Origin: Owenia fusiformis
Taxonomy: Eukaryota
Direction: 5' to 3'
Assembly (NCBI GenBank): GCA_903813345.2
Contig: CAIIXF020000001.1
Span: 33,232,001-33,296,000 of the forward strand
Length of the DNA: 64,000 nt
Below are positions 25,670 through 39,600 of the stretch, one piece after another. The position numbers and the translations under genes are program-made. Numbering within the stretch: position 1 is the stretch's first letter; every line of letters starts with the position of its first letter. Under the pieces are notes generated by a model, which ran no database searches, had not been told where the DNA came from, and saw nothing but the letters and a program-made list of their open reading frames with translations.

Positions 25670-26140
25670 TGTAACGACCCACCGTAGGCAGGCGTAAGGG
25701 GTTGGATTAATTAAAGTGTGTTGGAGAAAGTTATTTGTCAGACAATGAATTTAGAAAGTAATTAAGGGAGTCTGACTCAACTATGATGGAATAAAACAAT
25801 ATAAATCAAAGTCTTTAAATGTTTACTAAAACTATTTAATAGAATACAAAGATGTGTTCACAAACTTACAATAAGACAATACCAGTCATTATAACATGTA
25901 CTCTGCTAACTACTATAGCGTCCAATGCAATGTGTGAATATCAAACATATAAACAATATAACAATGAATCAATGCAATTAAAACAATCAATCAATTAATA
26001 ACTCACAAATACTTCAGTGCACTAACGGGTTCAATATAATATATCCTATTCCTAGATGTACTTTCTATATATCCTAAACTATCCTATCCTACAGTATGAG
26101 TCTGCTGATTAGCAAGAGAGAAGCGGAAACGCGAAAACCG
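25670..26140 (-). repeat. 5' LTR (partial)
   Basis: Ends GGGTCGTTACA next to the PBS. Shares sequence with 2416-2520. Confidence 0.8.
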
Positions 26141-26344
26141 TTAGTTTTTTTTGGCGTTCGGTTTTGTGCTGTATCCTCAATCATTTTTTGAAGTTTTTCT
26201 ACAGGAATATTTTTGCTTGACAATAATCAGGTAAAATGCGTATTTGCGTGACATATTCTGTCATGCAAAAATAACTGGCGTGACTTCAAATTATCCAGCA
26301 AATGCGTGACAAATACGCAAATTGCGGGACAGTTGGAAGACCTG
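26141..26344. mobile_element. Fragment of the hAT-like MITE family seen at 42010
   Basis: Matches about 42305-42510. Confidence 0.75.
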
Positions 26345-26548
26345 CACAGGTGTTCAATAGAGTAGACTCACATGTTCACTGAAGGGATGTTCATTATGAC
26401 AGTTTTACTGTACTGAAATCACTGGCTGCGAATTGGTGTTCACTATACACAGGTGTTCAAAATAGTAGACGAATGTGTTCACTGGGCACAGATCTTCACT
26501 AAAGAGGTGTTCATTAATATGACAGTTTTACTGTACCGAAATCAATCC

Positions 26549-27508
26549 AGGTTTGTGTAAAAAACCGGGTAACCGGGTAACCGGGTACCCAGTCGACCGG
26601 GTACCTAACGTTCCTAGCAGGGTTACGAACTTTCAAAGTTCCACATTTCCCCCGATATATAGTAGCGAATTGACTTGACAGACTTAGCCTACCGAGTGCA
26701 CTGCTGTTCGATATTTTTACCCTATACAAGACAGAGCACTTTTTAAAATAATTGATCCAGCAAACAGTGACGTCCATGTCACGTTGCTCATAAGTAGCAT
26801 ATAAGTTCCTAGAAGACGTTGCACATTTTCGTTCTTTACACATCGAGGCAATGTAAACAATAGACATCTATTGATGGTATAAAATGAACGTTGTTGTAAC
26901 GGGTTCGTAAAGTTCGTTAGTGTGGAAAACATAACAAACTGGAATGTTTGATTTTTTACTACATTGGTCCATATGTGACGCAACCAAACGTTAAAATTCA
27001 ACGTTGCCAAAACAGGCTTTTAATATTTGTTGGTGGAAAAAAACATGACAAAAACTTTGTGTTCTCACTAAGTCGGTTCATTTCCGACGTATTGTTAACG
27101 TTAAAATTTAATGTTGTCGAAACGTTTTTTCGATTTGAAATAACCTCAAAACGTGGCGTCAATAATGACGTTCATGGACCGTATTGATCTGACGTTATTC
27201 AAGCAAAACGTCGATGGATGGTTGAATATCAACATTTTGGAAATGGCTTCAAAATATTTGTGAGTTAAGGAAACGTTACAAAGACGTCAATATGTTCTCA
27301 CTAAATCGGTTCATTACCGACGTTATTTTAACGTTAAAAGTTAACGTTGTCAAAACGTTCTTACGATGTGAAATAACCTCAAAACGTGACGTCGGAAATA
27401 ACGTACATGTATCGTCCAGATCCAATGTTATAAATAAAAAAAATTCCTAACCCTGCTAGGAACGTTAAGTACCCGGTCACCCGGTTACCCGGTTTTTTAC
27501 ACAAACCC
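26549..27508. mobile_element. Mutator-like MITE, 9-bp TSD
   Basis: TSD AATCAATCC. TIRs of about 60-80 bp (GGTTTGTGTAAAAAACCGGGTAACCGGG). Internal ~240 bp ACGTT-rich tandem repeat. Confidence 0.85.
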
Positions 27509-27807
27509 AATCAATCCTGGGAATTCACTATATACAAAATTGAAATGTGTGTATCATGCCACCCCTGAAAAATAATTGACTCGCCCACTTGGTCTCTTGG
27601 ATCCACTTGCAAAATATATATAACCGTATTAATATAACATATGCAACATATTGATGTTTTGTGGATAAGATTTTTTACAGCAAATTATAGCAAAATACTA
27701 GTTTCTTAAGCTTTTTGACTTAAACTATAGTTTCTACCCCAAATGTACACATTTGTGCATATTTTTGCAAGGGTTAAAATTGTTAAGCTCACTTGTATGT
27801 GTTGTAG

Positions 27808-27972
27808 AGCCTCCAACCTCCAGACAATGGCAACCAGTCCTGTTCCAGTTTAGTTGACACTCAACATGATGTGGAGAGTCCCCACATCCGTAAACGTATT
27901 CAGCTCCATCTGTCAAAGATTTATGAAGTGACCAGACGAAGAAGTGAAGCTGAAGTTTTGAGTGTGGCTAAG
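27808..27972 (+). CDS. Putative internal coding exon of an unidentified host gene (SLQPPDNGNQSCSSLVDTQHDVESPHIRKRIQLHLSKIYEVTRRRSEAEVLSVAK)
   Basis: Acceptor tgttgtAG and donor AAG|GTACAG. 165 nt, open, phase 0 to 0, in non-repetitive sequence. Phase is compatible with exon 56344. Confidence 0.5.
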
Positions 27973-30900
27973 GTACAGTATGTAATGCATAGAAACTCAT
28001 TTTTGACTCACATATGGAGAGCCCATAACATGTTTGAGGATAGTGGTCAGCATTCGGTGGTAACGGTATCTGTAACAAATGACAGGTGGTGACATTTTGC
28101 ATGCTAACTGCTTAGGTAGAATTCGCTATTACTTAGAAATTGCTAAAAAGTATGGTAACATGATACTTTATTAGATCCAAATATAATTTGTGCTTTTGAA
28201 ATTCCTAATTAATCTATGTGAAAAATATTCAGATATATAACAAAATATGTGAAATTTGAAAGATTGAGGGCTTCATTATTTTTAAAAATATATTTAAATT
28301 AAACATGGGTTTCACCCTTATGAAAAGTCCAGGGGGCATTTGGGGGCAGTCACCAGTAAATGCCAATGTCAATCTAGTAGAGAACAAAAGATTACTGGGG
28401 TCATTTGCCCCCGTCTTGGGGACATGTTCAACTCTCATTGACTTTTAGATTGCCGGGGTTGGTTGCCGGGTACACCCCAGTTGTCCGAAACCCAGTTGTC
28501 CGAAACCCAGTAGTCCGAAACCCAGTAGTCCGAAACCCAGTTGTCCGAAACCCAATTCTCCAAAACCCAGTTGTCTGAAACCCATTACTCTGAAAAATAT
28601 AGTCATACTTTACCAGAGAAAGGGGGGACGTACTTAAGCTTAGGCCAGTTTCATGCCATGTATTTGGCCAAATTTATGGGATGGACGCATTTTGATGTCC
28701 ATAGATCTCTCCCCTCACTTTGAATTGCATCCATTACGGCATTACCAGAATGGCAGGAACGGGGGATTTATTTTACATTGTGATTCTAATAAAAGGTTAT
28801 TAAAACACAATATATATTATGGAACAGTTTATCTTATCTTATCAGATCTCTTTTATATAGGCAAAATAAAATGAAACATTTTGAAACAGATAAAATAAGT
28901 TAACGCATAGAACTTTAAGAATAAAACAGTATACATATTCTGTTGTCAAAATATTTCGTCACATTTAATTTCTAACCCCCCTATCACACCAAACTAGTTC
29001 TTAGCCGTTCTTGCCAGTTCTATGAAAACATCGTAAAACGGGCTCAATCTAGCTGTGGTCGGGAAATATGTCTAAAATAATTAGCTACTTCGTTCATAAA
29101 CAGTCTTCAATACGTCCATCTCATTCGCAGTTCATTCAGGTCGCACCACATTGGTGTGCAACGTCGATAACGCGTCCCTTAGTCTAGAAGGTCATCATGA
29201 CCTGATTACAGAACGGTATGGTCACCATCAAATTTTGAATCGATTCAAAATTCTTAATCACATTCCCTGTCCAGGAAAGTCCATGAAGTTCGTAAACAGA
29301 CCATAGAACGTTGTAGCTACGTTCATTCCGTTCGCACAAGGTTTAAAACCAGTTTTGAAGAACGCAGTGGCAACTTGCTTGGTTTGATTGCTATATTTTT
29401 GCTAGCCCGTTGATAAATACGTTCTTAATCAGTTTTAACCCGTTTGTAATTATTTCTACCTCGTTCTCAATACGTCCTCAGACAGTTCAACTTGTTGTAA
29501 AAACGTCCCTAGTAGGATTGAAGTACGACGGTTCTGTTCGTAGTACGTCCAGCTCGTCGTTAGTTGGTTGTCACTCATTCTAATTGTAAAACGTGACGAT
29601 GAGTACGTTCAATGAAGTTTGTAAATAGACCCCAAACGGTTCTAAGTATGTCCAGTCCGTTCGTACACACACAACGAGAAACACTATATAATAAACATCA
29701 ATACGACGAGATAATAGATTAATTATCCAAATTGAATAATAACCAATAAGATCAGTTACTGTTGAATAACATTCTGCCGGGATTTGTTATTAATCATATA
29801 GAAATGTCTTATCCGAACAGCTTACATGTACGTATTATCCGTTGCGGCCATTAACAATTTTACATATTATCTAATTAGCTAAGTAAATAAACATGCGTCG
29901 ACACAGTCGCAGTTGACTATGAAAAGCTCAATCATCAATCTTATTTTTATTTTCTTGATTTAAAGATTTATTATGTTTAAAAAAGAAAATGTTTGATTTT
30001 TAAGCTCAACCTTTAATTCTTATTATCAAGAACGCGCATGCAAATTCGCCAACCATGTACATTGTTTGCAGTCTGAGCAATTTAATGTAAATCATTGTAT
30101 ATTTTTCGATATACTGTAATACTATTCATTATTTGTAAAATTAAACCGAATATAATCTAAAATTAATCAGCTTTAAATACATTATATTTCATAAAAGTTG
30201 CCTTAAAACAATACAATTCGAGCGTTTGTAAATGCTCTAAAGCCCCGCTAGTATATGAACGAATCCTAAATAGAAATGAGTAAAATTCGTTCCCATTAGT
30301 GTGTACACGTTCTACACCGAGACTTCTCCTTTAAATCAAATCAGTCCACTAGTATGAGTTAAGAATGGACAGAGGGACGGATGGCTTCATTCAATGGGAT
30401 AATTAAGATATTTCAAAACCAGTGTCATTCTTCTATGCATACATCACTCAAATCATTAAACAAGCTGTTTATTTTAAAACTATTCTTTACGAATTTATGA
30501 TAAGTGTATAATGTTCAATCATACAAATCGCAGTCAGTGATTGTTCTCCACACTCACCCCTCCCCCTTCCTGACATGAACTATTTTGTAAAACCATTGAC
30601 AGTGTGGAAAGGATTTTTACACTCGAGTGTCAAGGGGGGGGGGGCAGTTACAGAAATATACAAGGCGATGGTTCAAATTGGACAATTTTCAAAACTGCTC
30701 AACATGGTGAAAACTTCACGTTTTTAAAGAATGCTTGCCCGGCGAGTGGTTTGCTCTGGATTGCGAGAGAACAAAAACTTTGAGTTAGGATTTTTCCTAA
30801 TACTATCTATACCACCCTTGGTATACGCAGCTAACGAAAATTGACCGGTACGGGTCAAAAGCTGGACCGGTACGGGTTAACGGTTTTATTTGAATTTAAA

Positions 30901-33085
30901 ACAGCCATAACTTGCTCAATATTGACTTCCTCGTGTCTAATTTGAAATATATGATGCCTCCCGATGCTTTTAAGTACCCCAATTTTTACAGATTTTTAAA
31001 CGGACCAAAACTCTCTAAATGCGCATTTAGAATGTTCGTTTCTGTGCCCCCCCCCCTGTCCATGGCCAGTATATATCTGTATAAAACCAGATGCAGGCAT
31101 AGACATTGACAAGGCGAGGGGATTTAAATATAAAAATAGTCTTGTTTTTGGCTCCGACTTATATATTTTGGCACTGTTTAACGAAGCCGGTTTAAGGAAT
31201 GAGAGGCAGAAATAATTCCTAGAAATAAGATGGCCTCATCGCGATAGCCGCGACCCCTTTGTCTTTATCCTTCCACAATCGGCAGATAAGAGTGGCTCTG
31301 GCATACCAGAATGAGATGGCCTGTCTCTACCGTAATCAAGATATGGTACCTAACCGCAGTTATTTTGGTTTTATAACGGGGATATTGCTCGAGCTTGAAT
31401 AACAAATAAAAGGCATGTTCTTATTTCTGTATTCTGACCTTTGATTGTGTATTAAGTTGAGCTGCACGCCAAACGTTAAGATTGTTAAAATGCTGAAAAT
31501 AAAACTTTATTCCTCTCAATTTACATAAAAATGAAACAGATTAGATTCGAATCTCAGTCACACCAGCACCACTGGTCAAAGGAAGTACAAATATCTATAT
31601 TAATCAAATGTCTGAGAATTTGATAACTGTCTGGGATCAAATGTTAATTTTATTGAAGCAAACTAAGAAAAGATGAATTTTAAACGTTTAGAGGGAAAAG
31701 TCAAATATGCATTGTAACCCTAAAAATAATTCATTAAAGTGTCGTACACATTTTATAACATTTATATAAATAAAACAAATAAAGCACAACCCTAATGCCC
31801 TATAATGAATTCATATCGGCGCCAAATGGCCCTTGAAATAAAAACGCATCGAAGCAGGGAATGCTTGGAAAATTCTTCCGAGACTGACTTTTGTTATTTT
31901 AAAATTGAAATATGCCTAATTCCTATGAACACGCGATCTTTTTCCCTGGGTTTTACTCTATTTTAGATTTACTAGAAAAATGTTTATATGATGATTGCGT
32001 TTGCTTCTCACGAGTTCATTGAAACGTTCAGTCGTAAAACTTTAGAGATCAAAAGACTAATTAGGCACCTGATTGCGAAAGTTTGATTGCATTTCGATCG
32101 CCGGGATTTTACAAACGTATTGTTTAAGTAGCGATCGTGTTCTTGGGATCTTGATAACTTCCTATTTTAAGTTTTGGGTTGAAAGCAATGAGTATGTCGG
32201 ACTTTCTCAAGTCCACATAATGAAACAATATCCCTTTATATTAGTCCAATCGGAATTTGCATAAACATACCAGTTTTATATTGCAAAAAGAACTGTAATT
32301 AATAGCCTACATAATAGCATCATGATAAATAAAATATTAAAGCATATATAAAGCCTTTTGTTATCGCAGCCATCGCACCCCCCCCCCTCCTGGCTACGCC
32401 TATGGATATTTTGGCAACTTTCACGTTTACCCCGCCCCCTAATAATTCTTGCGCCCCCTCTAAATATCAGACCCGTCAGGCGTTGAGGCATGGATCAGGA
32501 TACCCTGACTCCCAAGCTGTGCGACTTCTGGCAACCGCTACACCTATATTCCCGGGGAAAACGCTTTTAGAAAAATTGTCAAATATGGTCGTGTGTGGGC
32601 AAACACGAGGAGGAGGAGAGGGGTGCGTGCATTGTGTGCGACCCTTCATCAGTTGTGTACCTTATTTTTTGTATGAATTTCTTCCGAATAGTTATGCTAG
32701 AGGGGTTCTGATATTTATTTCTGTTTTCAAATTAAATAATTTCACCCTTGCCCGACTGACTTGTAGATAATGCACGAATCAAATAGCATGGAGATCAGAT
32801 AATCAGATTGATTGATTTTCGCAATCAGATGAATTAACTTATTGTTTTCTCTGATTAAAAGGCGGTTTGAAGCTACTTTTACAGGATTTGTAAATTCGCA
32901 ATCAGACTAGCTTATTTTAATATTTAGTCAGTGCAAGAGGAGGGGACTATAATGTAGAAAATTGTTTTGGTTTCGACTCTAACTGAATAATTTATCACAA
33001 TTGTTAAATAAGCAAACAGAAACAGGTTTAAAAATGAGAATAGAGGCAAAAAAGTCTATACATAAAATGTAATCAAAACCCGGGA

Positions 33086-33760
33086 ATTAAAAGCAATTTT
33101 AGACTGTTAGATGATCTCTTCTGTAATCAAGGTGATGTTGGTACACTTCCGCCGTTAGAAAAACAAAGACTAAGACAAAGACTATATAGCAATTAATCCT
33201 TTTGTAATCATTAAATGTTAGATTCTTATTATTTTGTTGGACAATGTTCAGACTTCTGACCAAGATTAAATCATTTATGTTTGTATTTAAAAATAGTATT
33301 TCAATCAGACAGACGTTCTAATGAGTTAGAAAAATACATTTGTCCATTTCCTCTCAAGAAGTTTTCAAAGGTAATCAAGTCGATTTGTTTGAGTGTTTAG
33401 CATTGTTTTTCATAACTTGACGCTTCCATGAACAGAATGACTTTGAAATGAGTTTTTATAATTTTAGCTTTTATACGGACATGCTTATTGTATATTTCTA
33501 TATGAACGTTGTAGTTATGTGATGTAACATCGCCCCCCCCCAATTACAGGTATACAAATTTTGGTCGGAATGCATTAACTTGCAATTAAAAGCAATTTTA
33601 GACTGTTAGATGATCTCTTATGTAATCTAGGTGATGTTGGTACACTTCCGCATTTAAGAAAACAAAGACTAAAACAAAGAGAACTAAGCAATTAATCCTT
33701 TTGTTATCATTAAATGTTAGATTCTCATTTTTTATTGGACAATATTAAGACTTCTGTCTC
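33086..33760 (+). repeat. Direct repeat, two copies of about 175 bp
   Basis: AATTAAAAGCAATTTTAGACTGTTAGATGATCTC at 33086 and 33584. Confidence 0.8.
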
Positions 33761-35471
33761 CGATTGTTATGCAGGTATGTGTATAAAATCATGTGAACAA
33801 CATTATCGTGGAAACTCCCATATTCATTCTCATAATGTCTTACAGCTATTTCGCAAATGACATAATCCTAAACAACATATGGAAATAATAGTGCAGAACT
33901 GAGCGAAAAGAAAGGTGGAACAAATCAGATTAAGATATTTTATTTTTGAAATGCACAGAGGGCAACAGTTGAAGAACAAAAGTTAAAGGCGTTGTGAAAT
34001 AGATCGTGCTTTTATATGATCCCCTTCTATAGTACCCTACCCTTTGCATTCGTTCGACTTCACTTCTCTAATGAGAGTTTCGTCTTCTCGTAGTTTATAA
34101 TTAGACTCTGCACACAGCGTAATAGTTCCCCTATTATCCATGTTCATGTTCTCATTTGATTTTTCATCAGTTATGACTTGGTAACATTTGTTCCGATTTT
34201 CATTACGGCGCCCGGCCGATTGAGTATTTTGTTCAGAATTGAATACAATTTTGAACAAAATACTCAACTGCCGGGCGCCGGTGCTGAAAATCTGAGCAAA
34301 TGTGACCACGGCATTATAAAAGCATACTCTTTAATACACGAACAGATTCAAAATGAGACTTTATCTATCAGAGAAATAAAAATGGAAAATTTGTATTCTG
34401 AAAATATTAACTGATGCATTGGTTAGTATTAAATATTAAGTTTTACAGTCGGAAACCTCAAGGGGCGGGAAATTTGATTAAACAAAACGCCGGATTAATA
34501 TGTGGACAACTTGCAAATGAAATGTAAGTAACATGACAGAACGAGTATGTACGCCCAATAAATACTTTTATAGTTTTAATGTGCATTCAAAGGACCCCGT
34601 TTGTAAAATTGATAGAAATGAATAGTTTTATTACCGGAAAAAACTGAGAAATATCTACCCGATTCGCCAGAATAGTCATCATCATATCAGTGCGAAAAAT
34701 TAGCTATATTTATTTTCTATGCGATATACACCTGATATTGATAGACTTCCACGATCATGGTCCGTTGACATCATCAACCTTGTGATTTGCCATAAGTGAT
34801 TAACCAACATTTTAAAACAATTTAAAGTCGGGGTTGACGTTTCTTCACTTTTCACACTGACATCCAAACAAAACATAATTTGAAAATAAAAGGCATAAAA
34901 TGGCCATTAAAAGTACATTTTTGAACAAAAGTATCAACTTATATTACACTGCACGCAAATACAAAGTGAAAAGAACGTCTTCCCGGAGATTGAAATACGG
35001 ATCGGTAAGTCAACAAATCTAACTGTTAAATAAACAAGCTTAGCCTATGTCTGCGATTGTTTGTCTGAGTGGCCAGATGTTATCCGTTTCGGATAATAAA
35101 TTTCTGAGAATACTACTGATATCTAGAATACATCTTCCGTGATATTTTTCATAAAACTACCCTTTGCATTCGCTTGACTTCACTAAAAGAGAGCTTCGTC
35201 TTAGTGTAGTTTAACTAGACTCTGCACGCAGGGTATCGTAAAACAGGCATCTTAGCTGCAATTTTGAATAATAGCGTAATTCATAGCACAATATAAATTA
35301 ACCCGCCTCTGTTTAATTCAAATATGCATTACCCTTAAGAATCATATACTTAGACACCTTTTCATTCTTGATTCGAATTTTTATCTTGTCTTCATCTAAA
35401 TTTGTGGATTAATAACAGTTTTTAGTCTACAAATTGAACATACAAAATGTAGCGTATTGATTACACGTTAC

Positions 35472-35724
35472 AGTGGCGTAGCCAGCTTTCAGTCGGGGGG
35501 AGGGGGGGGGGGGGGTGCGATCGTGGCATAAAAAAATGTTTTTGAAGATTTGTTTTGAATTTTACAAAAATTGGTGCAACTTCGTTCAAAATCGAGCTAG
35601 AAGCTTCAAATAAAAAGTTTTTTAAGACTTTTTTCTTCTATCTAATGGTTCTATTTTCATTGGTTATGGAGGGGGGGGGGGGGGTGCGATCGCACACATC
35701 GCATCCCCCTGGCTACGCCTATGC
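35472..35724. mobile_element. Small hAT-like MITE (GGCGTAGCCAG / CTGGCTACGCC)
   Basis: Short TIRs and G-runs. Related pieces near 1600-1778, 2020-2135 and 32360-32404. TSD not evident. Confidence 0.65.
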
Positions 35725-36203
35725 GCTATATTAATATAACAAGGTTATCATATCATGCCAATAGTTATATGGTTAACTAATATTAACACAAAATAATAAT
35801 ACACGATAATTAAAAAAATAAACCTCGGTATTCGGGCCTAAAATCCAAGGATACGTGTACCATTACTTAAGTGTAAGCTGCAATACCATATCGAATACCT
35901 GTACCATTACTCAATAATAACCACTAGTAAGACCATAATAACAAGCTTAATAACTAGCTTATCGCAAATTATTCCATACGATTTTGTCTTGTGACAGTTG
36001 AAGCCCGTTTTCAAGAACGTAGTGAGAACTAGTTTGGTGTGATAGTAGGGTTAGTCTCTGTGTCTTATCAAATTGTAAAAGAACAAAACATTCTAAACTT
36101 AATCACTTGGGATTTATTTTTTGGCATTCATTTCTGGCATTTGATATTTGTTTGACAATAATCAAAGAAAGTGCGTATACGTATAAATTTGCATTGCATA
36201 TTC

Positions 36204-36650
36204 CCTTGGGACCACCTAATATGAGTGACTTACAAATGTTGGACACCTAAGTCCAAATCTGAACACTTTTGTCCAAATTTTGAACACCTTTGGCCAACTT
36301 TTAAACACCTTTGGCCAAAGTTTGAGCACCTCTGCAAAACTTTGATCACCTCAAATTTTTCGGGGGGGGAGGGGTAGGTATGAAATTTTCCAATTAACAT
36401 GCGTGACATATACGGGATTTGCGTGACAAATCTGAACAAATTGCGTTCGGTTTTTTCCCACGTTCGTATTTTTACCGTATCGTAAACATATTTTGAAAAA
36501 TTTTCTACAGACATATTTTTGCTTGACAATTACCAGGTAAAATGCGTATTTGCCTGACATTTTCTGTCACGCAAAAAAAACTGGCGTGACTTCAAATTCT
36601 TCAGCAAATGCATGACAAATACGCAAATTGCGGGACAGTTGACAGGCCTG
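36204..36650. mobile_element. hAT-like MITE, 6-bp TSD, left TIR deleted
   Basis: Homologous to 42010-42510. Flanked by ATATTC on both sides. Confidence 0.75.
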
Positions 36651-39600
36651 ATATTCTGTCACGCAAACAAACGGGTGTGACTTCAATTTCTTGTCTGTCT
36701 GAGGATGTATTAGGAACGAGGTAGAATTAAAGAATTCTTATGAAAGAGTCATGCAAGATACTAGAACTAGTAAAGTAATGTATTGGATAAGTTAATTTCT
36801 GATGGATTTTGATAAAATATGTTTCAAAACTTTGTCAACAATATAGATAACTACATTTAGGCAGGTATAGTATCTTGATATATTTGGCTATCATGCGTTT
36901 AAAGTACGTTCCTAAAACTATGAAGAGGTTAGGTGAGAAATATTGCTATTGTACGTTCGAAAAGTATTTGGTTGTATTTTGTAGTTCTCAAGTTACCCAT
37001 GAACTTTCGTAGGCTAAACATTAAATAATTAACATCTTGACTTAGCATATTTAGCCTAATTTTGCAATGATGTCAACGTGATTCCAATGTTATGTTGTTG
37101 TGATTCGCAGAGGTTGCGACAAGATTCGTTTTAAGACATTGTATTTTTAGATAAGATCCCCTAATTTTCAGAGAACTGGGTTTCGGACAACTGGGTTTCG
37201 GAAAACTGGGTTTCGGAGAATTGGGTTTCGGACAGCTGGGTTTCAGACAACTGGGTTGACCCCTTGGTTGCCCCCACTCCCCCGACACACCCAGAATTTC
37301 TTCCAAAGTTGATGCCCCCGGCTTCCCATCGGCAAGCCCTTGTCACTGAATAATTCTTTTGCTTGTGTATAGAGGGCAATGCTAGTTAGGGTTTGGAAAT
37401 ACAGTTACAATTATTCTATTCCTATTATGAGAATTTTGACGTCTTGTTAACAGTGTTTTGAAAATATCTGCCCATAATTTTATTATCAATATCTCACCAC
37501 AGCTATGACATATTGTGGTTATATCCCAAATAATCGTAATGTTTTAAATTCATAAATACCTGAATGAGAAAATATATTTTTTAGAATTAAATAAATTGCA
37601 CAATTCAGATTCTTTTAAAAAGAAATTGTGATCATTCTATGGGAAACCAAAATCATTTGAAAAAATATTAATGAAAATTCACTTGAGAAAAAACACTTTG
37701 AATATTATGAATCAGGAAGAAAATATTATTATCCCATTGTATATAATGACTCATATTGCCAGAAAATGTCTTGATAGAGTCTGTCATATAATAGGAGAAC
37801 AAGGAAATGGGTTGTGGATGGTTAAAAATGAAATAATAAAAATTCTGCCGGGTTTTTAGCTCACTCTAGGGATTTAAAAACTTTAAATTCCCGGTATAAA
37901 ATAACTGATTGTGCCACGCAGCATTTGATCACTCAAAAGAGATTTTTCAAATCAGCAATTGTCTTTGTAATTTATTCAGTTCTCGTTTTTGGCATTTAAA
38001 ATGCACAAACTGACTGTGCAATGGACAGTGAAGTTCTACCTTAACTCAAATACCAGTTGACAGATTTGGTTCAAGTTTCATAGTCTGCCTTATGGGCATA
38101 GGACATCTTTATAGTGACTATGTTGAAATACTAGACAAAAAGTATGATTTTCTTTCCTGGATAAAAGTAAACATTCCAAACAATGATCCCATTTTGATAG
38201 CCACTGTTTATTTTCCCCACAAGAAATCATGCTTCAATATACTTGATGTTTTTGAAATTCTTGAAACTGAAATAGCAATAGCACAAAGCAGAACCTCAAA
38301 CATTTATATATGTGGAGATTTTAATGCAAGAACTGTGAAAAAGGCAGATTATGAAATTCAAGTTTTTGGTTGTGACAGTGAACTTAGTCATTTCTTGCCT
38401 ATACTCAATAACATGTCACTCCTTATAGATAGAGCATCGAGGGATAAAAATAATCAGGAAATACAAAGAACAAATGGCAAAGAACTTTTAGAATTATGTA
38501 AAACAGCAAATATGCAAATAGCAAATGGTAGGGTAGGAGCAGACAAAAATATTGGTAAATACACCTGCATCAGAACCAATGGAGCAAGTGTAGTAGACAA
38601 TATAATTGGGTCAAGTAAACAGCTTTAAAATTCAGTCAAAATTACCAGAATCAGACCATTGTCCCATTTCATTTTCAATTCTGGTTCCAAATCTATCATC
38701 TTTTTGTGAGTCAAATAAAAACTGTTTAACAGATTTACATACTAACTTTACTAAATTTAAATGGGAGGAATCCAAATCAATTGCTTTTCTATCAAATCTT
38801 AAAGCACCATTTTGCAAATCAATACTTAATGAAATACCACTTGATCTTAAAGACAAGGGTTGCCAAATAGAACATATAGTAGATAAACTAAATATGAGAC
38901 TCTCACTTGCAGCAGAAAATGTATTTGTCCTAACAAAAGTAACAAATAATAAAATTACTGAGTTCCCTGCAAATAAATGGTTTGATGACAATGTAAAAGT
39001 CTGAAATCGAAAATTCACAAAGCGGAAGCATTAGGTGTTGAAACAAGTGCTCTTCATAAAGAATATAATAGTCACAAGCAAAAATGTAAGCGCCACTTCC
39101 ACAATACTATGTATAATGACCTATTAAACAGCCTAAATGATAACCCAACTTAGTTTTGGAATATACTCAACTCAACCCGAGAAACTAACAAAGAATGTGT
39201 TAAAATACTTGGAAAAATATTTGAAAGTGTCCTTCATAATAGACTTGAATATTATACGGTATCTAACAAAAAACAAGACAAACTATAAGGTGCATATGAA
39301 CAGTTAAGTAGAACAGCTGATAATCTGTTTATTTTAAATAATTTAATAGAAAATTATTTATTGATCTAAAAAAGCATTTGACTTATATATTGATAGATAG
39401 AAACCACGGTATATAACCCAAACGCTCCTACATGCACGACGGAGCGTTACATTTACGCGGAAACGCTCCGGAGCGAAATAAAATGGCGGCTAGTGAAGAC
39501 TCTACTATGACAGTAAGTATTGTTTCTCTCGTTTCTCTTACATATCATATGTCATGGTGAAATATTATGTACCATTCGATGAACAATACCGTGAGCAAAG

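Larger units (their letters stand above)
2416..26140 (-). mobile_element. Fragmented Gypsy-like LTR retrotransposon (gag-protease only), interrupted by many insertions
   Basis: LTR pieces 25670-26140 and 2416-2898 share about 105 near-identical bp. TG...CA ends, PBS, PPT, Gag zinc knuckles and protease motif lie in the correct order on the minus strand. Confidence 0.8.
28975..36051. mobile_element. About 7 kb non-autonomous TIR element (TA or TWA target)
   Basis: TIR ACCCnnCTATCACACCAAACTAGTTCT at both ends. Removal restores the host MITE. No transposase ORF seen. Confidence 0.75.
28468..37263. mobile_element. Mutator-like MITE with 15-bp subterminal arrays, expanded by nested inserts
   Basis: TSD TTGGTTGCC. 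Parts 28468-28974 and 36052-37263 are the reverse complement of the intact copy at 54836-56082. Confidence 0.85.
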
